Source: Basidiobolus meristosporus CBS 931.73
Taxonomy: Eukaryota > Fungi > Basidiobolomycota
Length of the DNA stretch: 64,000 nt
Assembly: GCA_002104905.1 (NCBI GenBank)
Contig: MCFE01000065.1
Span: 1 to 64,000 of the forward strand
Direction: 5' to 3'
Shown piece after piece: positions 26,544-39,689 of this stretch. The notes under the pieces are model-generated. The model saw only the letters and a program-made list of their open reading frames with translations. It had not been told where the DNA came from and ran no database searches. Made by a program: the position numbers and the translations under genes. Positions within the stretch are counted from its first letter, which is position 1, and each line of letters opens with the position of its first letter.

Positions 26544-27276
26544 AGACTTGTTCTGTTGGATAGTGCCACATTGAGCCATGAGTGCCAAATGATGCCATAG
26601 TGTGCCAGAGAGGCCAATTGAGCCTCTACTTGGCCACAGAATGTGAAACATAGCTCCGCATCTTCATGCAAAGCAGCCCCTGTGTTTCACCCATTGTGTT
26701 GGAGAAAATCCATTTTTTGACCTTTTTTTTTGGATCAATGTTGTGCAGGATGTGTTAGAGCACAAGCAGATTGAAGATATGCATCTGGTACTCAATACCC
26801 ATGGCACTCTGAATCTAACTCCTGTAGCTTGTATCATGTCACAAAAATGAATGGCACTATCTTGGTCCACTGGTACTATCTGGCACTATATTTAAATATT
26901 AGCCCTAAAGTAAGATCTATACAAAGCACTTATAGTGCCAGATAGTGCCAGTGGACCAAGATAGTGCCATTCATTTTTGTGACATGATACATGCTACGGG
27001 AGCTAGATTCAGAGTGCCATGGGTATTGAGTACCAGATGCATATCTTCAGTTCTCCTGTGCTCTTACACATCCTGCGCTACATTGATCCAAAAAAAAAGG
27101 TCAAAAAATGGATTTTCTCCAACACAATGGGTAAAACACAGGGGCTGCTTTACATGAAGATTCAGAGCTATGTTTACACTCTGTGGCCAAGTATAGGCTC
27201 ACTTGACCTCTCTGGCACACTATGGCATCATTTGGCACTCATGGCTCAATGTGGCACTATCCAACAGAACAAGTCT
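26544..27276. mobile_element. Palindromic non-autonomous element, copy 3, 733 bp (spacer inverted)
   Basis: ACT duplication at 26541-26543 and 27277-27279. The empty site gctagtc-act-atgtgtccc is present in the intact Gypsy copy at ~20260. Confidence 0.95.
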
Positions 27277-29890
27277 ACTATGTGTCCCAGATATTCAACA
27301 TGCTCCTTGAAGAGCTCACACTTAGCTAGCTAGCCATATAGTTTGTTCTCTCTTAGCTTCTTCAAGACCTTTTCAATGTGGACCATGTGATCCTCTTCTG
27401 TCTTGCTGTATATTAATATGTCATCTAGGTAGATTATCACAAACTTGTCTAAGTACTCCTGGAAGACAGTCTACATCAGAGTCATGAATTTTTTAGGGGC
27501 ACGGGTGAGGCCAAAACTCATGACTAAGTACTTGTAATGTCCATATTTGGTATTGAATACTCTCTTAGGGATGTCTTCTGGTTTCACCCTAATCTGGTTG
27601 TATTCTTACATGAGGTCAATCTTGCTGAAAATAGTGGCTCAATTGAGTTGGTCCAAAAGCTCATCAATCCAATGTATGGGGTACTTATTCTTCACAATAA
27701 CTGACTTGAGGGCTCTGTAGTCAATGCACATCCTAAGAATTGCATCCTTATTCTGCACAAAAAGTACTGGTGCTCCCCAAGGTGACTTGCTGGGCCTGAT
27801 ATTTCCACACCCCAGTAACAGATCTATTTGTCTCTTCATCTCTTCCAACTCCAATGGACTCATTCTGTAAGGTGTCTTACTCACTGGAGGGCTATCTCCT
27901 GCTTTAATGGCATGATCCACATCTCTGACTGGTGGTAGGCTTACAGGTTCATCAGGAAATATATCTGAATACTCCTTCAAAAGAGCCTGGACCTTCTGGG
28001 GTACTGGAGCAGAGGAATCCTCCTGTGATACTGTCATGAGGAACACCTGGGTGCCTTTTTGTAGTGCTCTACAGAGCTGTCTTGCTATGTTCACTTGTTT
28101 CACATGCACTGGAACTGACTAAACTGAAATCCTGTCTGGTAAGTAATAGCTCATAGGTCTTGTTGTCTTTGTGGATCTGAGTAGCATGGGTTCTCCATTT
28201 GATTGATGGATTACAACAAAATAGCCAGGTGTTCCCAGGTACAAGGTCAACCTTGCAGTTCCCAAATATATAGGCCTGTAGATCTTCTTCATAGTCATTG
28301 TTCTTCATCCTTACTGGCTGAGTAATACGGTTCATTATGTGGGAGTTCCCATCAGCTGTTGAGACTGAAGTTGATTTGGTGGGTTCTGAATTGATCCCAG
28401 CTTTCAAAGCAAATTGCTCTGATTTGTACTCATGTGATGCTTCTGAGTCAATCATGATCTTGGCAGGTACTCCATAGATTACTCCATTCAAGCTTAATAG
28501 CTTTCCTGAGCTTGAGGTCATCTAGGATAGGTATTCTACTGTCATATGGAAGGTGAGTTCTGATTCTTCTTCAAGTTCATCCTCCATTTTACTTTGCTTC
28601 AGGGCTTCAATATGGTTAAAGGTTTGTGATGGCTGGTGTCCATTTCTTCTTTAAGGGCAGTACTTTGCAACATGTTGCTGCTGGTGGCAATTAAAGGCAA
28701 GTCCTTTCTTCTTACATTCTTCTGAGGTAGGATTCTTCTGCAGAGTGTTTATTTCCATTGGCACTGCTTCTGATTGTCTTTTTTCATAGTAATTGTAGAC
28801 TCTCTGATTAGTCATTGTGGGCTTCCCAGCTCCAAAAATAGCTGAGTCATAGTCAATGGCAATCTTGATGACTTCTGCAGTGGCCTGAGGTCTTTGATAG
28901 TTCAGTTCCTTATAAGTTCTTTTGTTCAACCCATCAACAAAGTATTCAACTTGATCCAGAGGGTCCATTCTTTCTATTTCTCTAAGTAGACATCTATCTT
29001 CATACATGTACTCTTGGATCATTCCTTTCTGTTTGAGTGTCTTCAACTTTCTTCCTAGTAGTGTCTGATGGTATGTGGGTTCAAAGGCATCCTGGATTTC
29101 CAACACAAACTCATCCTAGGTAGAGATTGTAGAGCATCCCATCATGTTAGCTGACCTGATCTTGTTGTGGTACCACTGTAAAGCTGCGTCTGCCATGCAA
29201 GAGGTTGCATAATGCAATTTGCTTTCTGGAGCTATTTCCTTAGCCTTGAAAGCTTCTTCACTCTGGAAGTGCCAAGTTCCCAGGTTTTCATAGACTCTGC
29301 CATGGCACCAGTTGACCTTCACACTCAGGGTGCTCTTGACAGGGTTTTGCTAGTTTTGGGCCATGGTAGTCATTCCTTGTTGCTGCTAACTAAGGATCTG
29401 GAGTAACTGTTGCTGCTGGGCCAGGATTTGCTGCATAGCATTCTTCCATTCTTGATTCGTGGACATCTTGGGAAGCTTCTTTCTTCAGAAGGGAGGTTTC
29501 TGGTTATTGCTGCTACCAATGTTACAAGTCTTGGGATAAGAGTTGTAGATGAAATAGGGAGTTTAGCTAGTATTGTATTTATTAAAACTTGAGCTGATTT
29601 TTATTGAGATTCCAGATGCTCCTTATATACATTTTGCCAGATCAATTGCTGACTAATTGTGGTTCCTATTGTAGGCTGTGGCTGATGACTCATTTGATTG
29701 CATCATCATCACCCAATAAGATCCTACTTAATATATCAATTTCTGTTTGATAAGGATCTGCGGGTTCATTTGCTGACTAATGCTGCTAACTTGATAGATA
29801 ATACTGATATACTGATAAGCTAAACATATAGCTAATTGATTTGACTAAAAAGCTGATCTAACTTAAACATTCAAGCAGTAGATCATAACA

Positions 29891-30051
29891 CCTGTAAGAC
29901 CATTTGCAAGATGGGGAAATGACTTTGTTGGAAACTGCCAATAACCACAAAATGCAACCGTGGGATCCATGTAGCAGTTGACCATGCCACTAGGTAACCA
30001 GTTACTAAAGCTGTATCTGTAGCCAGTGAATAAGAAGTTGCAGGTTTGATC
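29891..30051 (+). mobile_element. Opposite-strand integrase fragment of the same Gypsy family
   Basis: Translates PVRPFARWGNDFVG...AVDHAT...PVTKAVSVASE with stops. Confidence 0.7.
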
Positions 30052-33000
30052 TGTTACAAGTCTTGATTAAGAGTTGTGGAGAAATAGCAATTCTAGCTGG
30101 AATTGCTTTTACTAAAGCTAGTACTGATTTTTATTGAGGCTCCTGCAACTTCTTATATACATTTGGCCAGATCCATTGCTGACTAATTTAGTTCCTAATG
30201 TAGGTTGTGGTTGACAACAAATTTAATTGCATTGTCATCACCCAATTAGATCCTGCTTAATATATCTATTTCTGTCTGATAAAGATCTTCTAATTCATCT
30301 GCTGACTAATACCACCTATTTGCTAGATAACATTGATATACTGATAGGCTAAACATAAAACTAACTAATTTGACTTTAAATTGATCCAAAGTAAACATTC
30401 AGGTGGCAGGTCATAGCATTCTCCCCTGCCAAAGCTGAGAGGGTTCTGCTGAATCTCTTTTCTTATGATACCAATAACTTGATGGTTCCATATTGTCAGC
30501 AAGTCTTGCAAGCTTGAGTCTGTCTCAATGATCTAAATTTTAGTGGACTTTCCCTTGTGTCTCCACTAGCTGGTAAGTTGCAAATGGACATTGTCTGATT
30601 ATCTTGAGAGTTCCTGACCATTGTGGCTCAGGCTTCTTCCATATATATGTAGCTCCATTTGCATACTTGATCAGCGTTTTTCCAAATAATCCAGTAAGCT
30701 GCTCAATGACTCCATTAACTCTAGAGTCATATGCAAAGGTTTTCAAGTGTTTGATATACTGGATTACTAGTTAAGCTTCTAATATCTTTGTCATAAAGTT
30801 TGCTCCTCTATTAGATAAAATCTCTACAGGGCATCCAAGCTTCATAAGGATCTCTTGGTATATGAAACTTGCAACTTCTTGTTCACTAGCTACAGGTACA
30901 GCTTTAGCCACTGGCCATTTAGTGGCATGGCTGATAACTATTAGGATCCAATGGTTACATTTCTTGGTAGTTGGCAGTCTTCCAATAGAGTCAGCTCCCC
31001 ATCTCTCAAATGATCTTACAGGCTCCAAGAGAAAGTGCTCAGCCATTCTCTGTGGTTGGCCTTGGTTGATTTGGCAATTTGGGCATATTCTCACTAGCTT
31101 CTCAATATCTTGTTTTATTCTGGGCCACCATGCTCTGGCTTTCACAGGGCTATTGATTTCTTCAATTCCATGATGTCCACATCCATTGTGTAGCTTACAT
31201 ATTAAATCCAGGTAAGCAGCATAAGAGCAATAGGCAATAGTGCTTCCATCAGTAATTTGGTAGTGTTTCATCTTGTACTATAAATTTGCCATCTTCATCC
31301 TGGATTATCTTTCAGATCTCTTCATCCACCTTGCTAGGAATGGCTTGGTCCTCCATGTATTTTGGTAATAGGCTAGGCCAAACTGATTCATGCACCAAGT
31401 GGAGTTGTGCAACTTGTTATAATCTTGATAAGGCTTTTGCAACTGTGTTAGTTTTCCCTGGGCAGTAGATAATCTCCAAGTCAAATTGCTGAATATTTTG
31501 CTCCGTCTTGACATTCTTCTGAAGAATACTTTCTGAGTAAATGTATACTTGAGTGAAGTGTGATCAGTCTTTGCATTACACTCAGCTCCTTCAATGTGGC
31601 AACTCCATGTCTTCCAACAGTGTATTATGGCAAGCATCTCCTTCTCATGCACTGGATAGTTTTGTTCTGCTCAGTTCAATTTCTTATACTCAAAAGCACC
31701 TGAGCAGTCCTTTCCCTTGTGTTCTTGGATCAGTACTCCACCAATTGCATAATCTAAGGCATCTGTGCACAGAGTCAATGCTTTTCTGAAGTCTAGGATT
31801 CTTAAGCTTGGCAGCTTAGCAAGTTCATTCTTGAGCATCTGGAAGGCAGTCTCACAGGCTATGTCCCACTCCAAGGTGCTATCTTTCTTGAGAACATCAT
31901 TTAAAAGGGTTGAAACACTTGCAAAGGACTTGACAAATCTCCAAAGTTACAAAAGCATTCAAAGGAATGAGCTGAGTTATGATATGCTATGGGGCTGCTT
32001 CAGATTCTTGATGACTTCAACCTTCTTGGGGTCAGAGGTCACTCCTGTGCAAGTCACTATGTAACCCAGGTATTCAGTATGCTCCTTCATGAATTCACAC
32101 TTGGCTAGCATGCTATACAGCTTGTTCTTTCTTACCTTCTTCAAGACCCTTCATTGTGCACCAAGTGTTTTCCTTCTGTTTTGCTGTATATCAGTATGTT
32201 ATCTAGGTAGTTTGCCACAAACCTGTCTAAGTACACATGGAAGACTGTTTGCATCAAGGTTGTGAATGTTACAGGGGTATTGGTAAGGCCAAAACTAATG
32301 ACTAGGTACTTGTAATGACCATATGTGGCCCTGAATTATGTCTTAGGGATGAGTTCTGACTTCACCCTAATCTGGTTGTATCCTCACATGAGGTCAATTG
32401 TGCTGAATATGGTGACTCCATTGAGTTAGGCCAAAAGCTCATCAATCCAAGGTATGGGGGACTTATTCTTTACAGTAACTGTGTTGAAGGCTCTGTAGTC
32501 AGGGTACATTCTGAGTGTTCCATTCTTCCAATTCACTAAAAGTATTGGTACTCCCCAAGGTGACTTGCTGGGTCTGATGTATCCTGGCTCTAAAATCTAA
32601 TTTATTTGTGTCTTCTTCTCTTCCAACTCCAACAGACTCATTCTGTAAGGTGTCTTCCTCATTGGGGGAATGTCTCTGACTGGTGGTTGGCCTTTAAGTT
32701 CATCTGGATACATATTTGAATAATCCTTCAAATAGTCTGGGCCTTCTGGGGTGCTGGGGTAGTGGAATTGTCCTGTAATAATACCATTAAGAACATCTGG
32801 GTACCATTTCTAAGTGCTCTACAAAACTGTGTCTTGCTAAGATGACTTGTTTCACACACACTGGAACTGACTAAATTGAAGTCCAGTCTGGCATGTAATA
32901 GCTCATAGTTCTTGTTATCCTTCTGGATCTGAGTTGCATGGGTTCTCCAGTTAATTAATGGATTACAACAAAATAGCTAAGCTTTCCCAAGTACAAGATC

Positions 33001-33090
33001 AAACTTGCAGTTCCCAAATATATAGCACTGTAGGTCTTCTTCATGGTTATTGATCTTTGTTCTTACTGGTGGAGTAATACAGTTGATTAT
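30052..33090 (-). mobile_element. Third, older, 5'-truncated Gypsy copy (3' LTR 30052-30418)
   Basis: LTR tgttacaag...tcatagca followed by PPT. Decayed IN, RH and RT. Ends abruptly in the protease region where CACTA sequence begins. Confidence 0.88.
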
Positions 33091-34925
33091 TTGAGAGCTT
33101 TTCTGGCCGCAATGGATGTTATTACTGTCAAATATGTGAGATCCAGAGGACTTACTCCATAACTCACACACATTATTATTACCCAAACACCAACACTAAG
33201 AACATTGTCTTTCCACAGAGAGAACATATAGAAGTCAGCATTCAATTGCAGCAATGTTGGCAAGCTCTAAGCCATTGGCTGGAATATGGAATCAACTAGA
33301 GACTGGAGATACTTAAAATAGATGGTATCTGTTGGAGCAAAAGCTTTTCACTGGGAGCAATGTATATGCCTTTCAGCAATATTCCTATACTGATGACCAA
33401 GTTATCCCTGGGGCATTTCAAGCTAAATGAGCCCTCTGAGATATTGGAGAAATCTGAAAGAATTGGCAAGATGTTGCAGAGTATCTGCTACCCTAGGTAC
33501 TTCTCATTTACTCCAATCAGTATTTACATGCATATGCAACAATACAAATGTAAAGACTGGATGAACTAGATATGTATTTACTCAAGTGGCATTCTGAAGC
33601 CATTCCTACCAAGAAAACATTGGAAGCACTGGGAGTAATATGTGGACATTGTAGGAATATTTATCCAGAAGCAAATCACCAATGCAAACTTGATGCACTT
33701 ACAGCTGTTGTGCAAGGAGTTTGTCACAGAATTTGAGTGGCTATACTACAAATATAGAGCTGAACACACAGCTCTCTGCTGCTACTATATCTATTCTTTA
33801 CTCCATCTTGCTTAGTGTGTGTAGAATATTGAGCCTTGCTTCACCTTGTGGGATTTGCTATGGAGCAGATGAGTGGGGATATAGGACAATAAGTCAAGTT
33901 GCAGGTACTACCATATCCCAATCTCATCAAGAATATTACCTTCAGGTCAATCATGGATGTGATGAGTTGGCACATGGAGGACAGCCAGGAAAAGTTGCAA
34001 AATACTGAGGACAGATGTGCTCATGGAGACACCTATATCTATGGCATTAAGAAGCTAAGCAGCCCCAATGTGTGGGTAATCAGTTAAGTATTGCAAACCT
34101 GGGATGGGTGCAACAAGCAACTAATTTTTATTAGGAAAACTCTACTAAGGTATGCCAAATTTCTTATGGTCAAATGCCAACTTCTACACCATTCATTACA
34201 GAATTCATACAAACAAGAGCCAGAATGCACCTATAATGGGGACTAGAATCCAGCAGGAAGAAGAAATATATTGACTAAAATCAAAGATGTTTTTTGCAGA
34301 TATTCAGGAGGTATTCATGGCAGAAGCGGCTGCAACCAAGCATGAGTTTGCAGGATGTATATGTTGCCAGCAGAACAAGGTATATGGCAACTTTGCAAGT
34401 ATAACACTAAAAAGCTGTAAAGTTGAGGTGATAGATGTATGTTAGTTGTGGCAGGTGTGCGCAATTGTAGAGGTTAGTAGGCAGGAGGCTGTAGTTTTTT
34501 TTGATTCAAACTTTATGTAAATACCCAAGGTAGTAGTGAGTAGGCAATAAAGAGGGGCAATTCTACAGTAGAATATATGAGTTGTACAAAGGGAGGTAGA
34601 AAACAGAAATACCATTTGGTATACTGTGACAGTAGCATTATACATAATTAGTTGTAGGCTGCCATACTGCTGTAATGATGTCATCAAAGTCTTGCTGTGA
34701 GGTTGTTGATATACCATCAAGTTTCTTGCCATATAAGGTAATTGGATATCCAGGCCTGTTATATCCATGTAAAATAGTTGTAGAGCACATCAAGTCCATA
34801 ACAATGCCATGCAACTATTGTCACAGCATTTATCAAACCCTGTCAAGTATTGCAACTTTATTTGGCAGTAACATCAGCAAAACACAGTCATAATCTTGTC
34901 ATAAGATTGTCATGAGGGTCACTAA
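33090..34925 (+). mobile_element. Decayed CACTA-like remnant
   Basis: CKEFVTEFEWLYYKY...CYYIYSLLHL...PYPNLIKNI; collinear with 1745-3350 and 5500-5960. Confidence 0.7.
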
Positions 34926-35273
34926 TGTTGTGAAAGTTTGTAATTCCACCTAAGTATTCACCTAGCTAAGTCACTTAGATCATTACCTTCAGATCCTAGA
35001 GAATACCAACCAAATTCCTTGTTGGAATTTACCTGGAACATATTCACCAAAGTACCAGGTACCATGAACATGAGAATTCTCAAAGCTGTCCAAAGAGCCC
35101 CAAACTTTGCACACCTGTTCTTGGGACCTTCCTTACCTATTCAATGTGTTTTTTATGCTAAGACCATGTAAAAGTATAGTACTACTTTTACATTCAATAA
35201 ATCATTAAGAAAAAGTCACAAAATCTACTTGCTCTCCCAAATCACTTCCAATATCTCTAAGAGTCTTGCAACA

Positions 35274-35285
35274 GGTTATGAGCCC
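35274..35285 (+). promoter_or_regulatory. Copia PBS GGTTATGAGCCC (tRNAiMet anticodon-arm, half-tRNA type)
   Basis: Immediately follows the LTR. Complementary to GGGCUCAUAACC. Also present at 45445-45456 on the minus strand. Confidence 0.8.
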
Positions 35286-36219
35286 CCAGTTGTCACTCTC
35301 TGCAATGTGTACTACTACTATTACTGGATTTTTTCCCTCTGCTAAAAAGTTGGATGGATCTACTACCAAGCGTGGAAGGTGAAGATGAAGATACTGCTAC
35401 AAAAAAAAGGCCTTTGGGATGTTGTCATGGGAGAGGAATGCCCTCCTAAAAATGTGGAAGAGGAAGCCTTAAAGTACTAGAATAAAGAACAAAGTGCCAT
35501 TAACTGCATTTGCCTTAATGTTAAAGACAAACTGCAAATTCACTGCTCAAGAGCAAAATTGGTCAAGAATGCCTGGAAGTATTAGAAGACACCTACCAGT
35601 CATGTTCAGCTGCTAAGAAATTGTATCTGAGGCAATAATTCTTTACTACATAGATGCGCTAGGAGAAAAAATGAAAAATCTAATTAACAGAATTACCCTA
35701 CTGGTGGATGAAACTGAATCTGTGGGTGTACCAACTACTGATGAGGATGTGATAGTTACCATCCTGAATAGCCTGACAGACAAGCTTCAGGGCCTTGTAT
35801 CAGCCCTAGAGTCCAGAACCATAGATTTGACCTTAAATGTATATATGGAAGACTTCTTGATGAAAATTAAGAAAATCAAGCTTCAATAAAAAGGAATAAG
35901 ACAATGCTTTAATAAGCGATGATAACCAACAAAGAAGGTACCCAAGACCCTGTAAAGGCAACAGCAACCTGTTTTGCAACTACCGCAAAAGGAAAGGACA
36001 TACATAAGACCAGTTTCTCAAAAAGAGAGATAATCAGCCAAAAAAGCCTGAATATGGAAATGCTGCAACAACTGGAGATAGACTGTTTGTATCTGCACTG
36101 AATATAATCACAAACAAGGATATTCAGACATGTTATATTGACTCTGGAGCATTTCAACACTTTATACACCAAAAAGAACTTTTTACCCAATATCAAGAAA
36201 TTCCAATTAAGAAGGTTCT

Positions 36220-36766
36220 GGTCATGATCACATGACATCCCTGGTCTCCAATACATCCAGCCAAATCAAGTCAGTGCAAAATTCCCAGATCCTTCTAGAA
36301 AGTTCTACTACATTCTAGCAACTTCTTCAAAGCTCCAAGTCAACATTACACAATGGAACATTCTGTGAAAGCTTCCCATTAGAATTTATGCACTCCCATG
36401 CCATATATGGTAGCTACATGTCACATGAACTAGTCACATGATCAGCTGACCTCTGACATATCTCTATGTGATATTCCAGTCTGTTCTTTGGTATATTCTA
36501 TCTTTGCACACTTACTGTGCCTCACCTCAGAACCCCATCAGTATTAGCCAATACCTCTTGGCAGCCATAGTGCCAAAAAGTGTATATAGTTTTATCCCCC
36601 CTTATGTATTTCTCTGTCTGATAAGTACAGGTCTTGACTAAACAGCCTTGCCATGTAAATCTGCCTTGCCTTGGAAACACACCTTGGCATGTTGATCCAC
36701 ACCTAAGTCCTTTCCTGGTCCTGCCTTGCCCATCCCTGCTCTCCTGCCTTGTGTCTATTTGTAACA
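36220..36766. repeat. Probable solo LTR of an unrelated family inserted in the Copia element
   Basis: 547-bp insert ending tgtaaca, flanked by GTTCT and GTTTT. The uninterrupted site aagaaggttctcatggg occurs at ~10065 on the minus strand. Confidence 0.6.
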
Positions 36767-38844
36767 GTTTTCATGGGTGACAATAGAACACTTGATGCAG
36801 TGGGAGAAGGAACTATCCAAGTATACCTTAGAAGTAGTGAAGGAAGTCATACACTGACCTTTAAAGAAGTACTCTATGTGCCAGAAATAGCTAAGAGCCC
36901 ACTCTCTGTAAGTAACACCACCGCACAAGGACTCAGTCTCAGCTTTGCAAATTTGTGATGCAGGATCATTGATCAAATGGTGCCCATTATGCTTTGGGTG
37001 TTGGAGATCAAAATCTATACAAGTTGACTTATATTCCATCATATCTGGAAGCCAATATAAATAACTTAAATGAAGGCACACCAATGTTTTGGCACAGGAG
37101 ATTTGGACATATCAATTTTGATTATTTGGCAAAATGATCAAAGATCAGCTAATATCTGGAGTAAAAACTGATCCCCCAACTAGTTTGGAGCACTGTGAAA
37201 CCTGCATATATGAAAAACATGCCAGACAACTGTTCAAGAGCCCTGGGCTGATCAAATATAAGAGAATATGAGATCTAACTCACTCAGATCTGAACTATTT
37301 GATCACTTACATTGATGATTATACAATATACATGTGGGTTTACTTCATGGAGAGCAAGGGAAAAGCTCTGTCTAAGTTCAGGGAGTTCAAAGCCATGGTG
37401 GAGAGAGAAACTGGTGAGAAAATCAAGAAAATACACTCCAACAATGGTGGAAAATATACCTCAAAACTCCTCATCCACTTCTGCAAAATTCATAGGATTA
37501 AGCAAGCAACTACTATAGAATACTCCCCACAGCAAAATGTAGTAACCAAATGTGCTAACAGATCAATAGTTGATATGGCAAGATATATGATCCATGATCA
37601 AAATTTATCCTATGATTTTTGGGCAGAATCAATTGCCACTACTGAATACCCTAAGGAGTTATAACAGAATAATCTGCAACTCTGCTCCATTGGAAGCATG
37701 ATTTGAGTACAGCTCAAGTACGGAACATCTAAGAATATCTGGGTGTGCAGCATATGCCAAGAAACTGCCCAGAAATTGGTCAAAATTTGAGCCAAAAGTG
37801 TAAAATACATATATTTGGGCAACTGCAATGAGAGTAAGGCATACAGACTCTACAATACTGAAGCAAGAAGCTGATGAAGTCCAGGGATATATTGCTTGAT
37901 GAAACTTCAAGATTCTCACAAAAAATGACATCATATGATGACAAAAATTTGATCTCAAGTCCACCAATAGTCAGGTTGAATCAGAGCAAAACAATGATAT
38001 TTTGTACTCCCAAGGACTCCATAACTGTGGTTCAGCCAGAATGAGTGCCCAGGAATATCCCAGAAGTGATCATTCCAGTATTGAATGCCAGGAGATCCAA
38101 CTAGACAAGAAATAGCCCAAATTGCTATATCAATGAGGGTACAAACTTAGCCTATGCCTAGTGAGTCCATTTGGATGAGCCCCCAACTGTAAAGAGGTCT
38201 TAAATAGCCCTCAGACAAAGTTTTGGAGATCTGCAATGACTGAGGAATAGCAGGCCTTGATGGAAGATCAAACTTGGGACTTAGTCAAATTACCAATCAA
38301 CTAAAAATCAATTGGATACAGAAGGGTCTTTAATACAAAATACATGGCTGATGGTTCAATTGAAGTATACAAAGTAAGACTTGTGGCCAAAGGATACTCT
38401 CAAACAAAAGGACTTGACTATACTGAGACCTATGCACTGGTAGCCAAGTTTAACTCCATCAGATTGATACTGGCTATTGCAGCCAAATACAAGTTTTTTA
38501 TACATAAAATGGATGTGAAAACTGCATTTTTGAATAGAGAACTTGATAAGAACATGTATATGGACCAGCCTGATGAGTTTGTTGACCAGGATAACCCCTG
38601 TTTGGTGCGCAAGCTTAAAAAATATCTATATGGTCTCAAACAATCACCAAGAGCCTGGAATTGGAAGATAGATTCTTATTTTGAGTCCTTGAGTTTCAAA
38701 ATGAGTAATGCCAACTACAGTATATACTCTAAGCCAGAGAGAGCAAGTCCAGTTCTATTAGCTCTATATATGGATGATCTTATTATAGCCACCAATAACC
38801 TAGCAACATTGGAAGAGACTAAATCCGGCCTATCTAAAGAGCTC

Positions 38845-39526
38845 AATGGGTCTAACCTGCCAGTGCATCAAGTTGCCTTATATGGCAAAAAACTTGATGG
38901 TGTCTTGATGTCCTCACTGCAAATCTCTGATGACATTATCATGGCAGTATTGGAGGCTACAACAAGTTCAGTCCAATGCTACTGTCACAATTTACCAAAT
39001 GGTATCTCCTTTTTCTACCTCCCCTAGTGCAATTCAAATATTCTACTGCAGAGTTACCCCTCTTTATTTGCTTACACACCACTACCTTAGGTATTCCACA
39101 GATAGCTTGAATCAAAAAATACTATGGCCTCCTGCTTGCTAACCTCTACAAATGCACACACCTTCCGCAATTAACATACTTCTATCACCTCAACTTAACG
39201 GCTTTTTAGTTTGATACTGGCAAAGTTGCCATATACCTTGTACTGCTGATAACATACACATCCTGCAAACATATGCTGGGTTACCACCATTTCTGCAATG
39301 AGTACCCCCTAAATATCCGGAAAGAACTTCCTGGTATCTAGCCCATATGTTCCTCCTCCTTGCCGGCTTCTTGTCCCCCTTATAGTTGTGCTCTGCCTCT
39401 TGTTTGTGTGAATTCTGTGATGAATGGTGTAGAAGTTGGCTTGTGACCAAGTGAAACCTGGCATAATTTGGTAGAGCTTTCCTAATAGAAATTAGTTGCT
39501 TGTTGCACCCAACCAAGCTATGCATT
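38845..39526 (-). mobile_element. CACTA-like fragment in inverted orientation
   Basis: Reverse-complement match to 34080-34770 and 5150-5820. Confidence 0.7.
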
Positions 39527-39689
39527 AGACTTGTTCCGTTGGATAGTGCCACATAGCGCCAGCCTGTTTATGATGCCGGATCAATCTGGCACTATAAATT
39601 CTACCATGATGCCAGTGGTATGATACAGTTACTGGTAATTTTACTTAATCTTACTTATGTTGCTCAGAATAGTGCTTTCCTTGCTTTAT

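Larger units (their letters stand above)
23338..29890 (-). mobile_element. Decayed full-length sister copy of the Gypsy element, carrying two palindromic insertions
   Basis: Collinear with 17945-22882. 5' LTR at 29520-29890 with PBS. 3' LTR region is composite (23338-23855). Many stops. Internal length minus the inserts is about 4.19 kb. Confidence 0.92.
34926..38844 (+). mobile_element. Decayed Ty1/Copia element: 5' LTR (34926-35273), PBS, gag, integrase and RT; 3'-truncated
   Basis: TG...CA LTR, then GGTTATGAGCCC. YQAWKVKMKILLQKKGLWDVV (gag), YKVRLVAKGYSQ..G.DY.ETYA.V, MDVKTAFLN, LYGLKQSPRAW, LYMDD (RT). Confidence 0.9.

Noticed and set aside
8267-27276. CRISPR-like or satellite array, suggested by the repeated TGGCAC motifs
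   Set aside because: There is no regular repeat-spacer periodicity, the context is eukaryotic, and the motifs are subterminal repeats of a TIR element.
38344-39027. 227-aa ORF as an RT fused to a novel domain
   Set aside because: It is a chance read-through from truncated Copia RT into the antisense strand of a CACTA fragment at ~38845.
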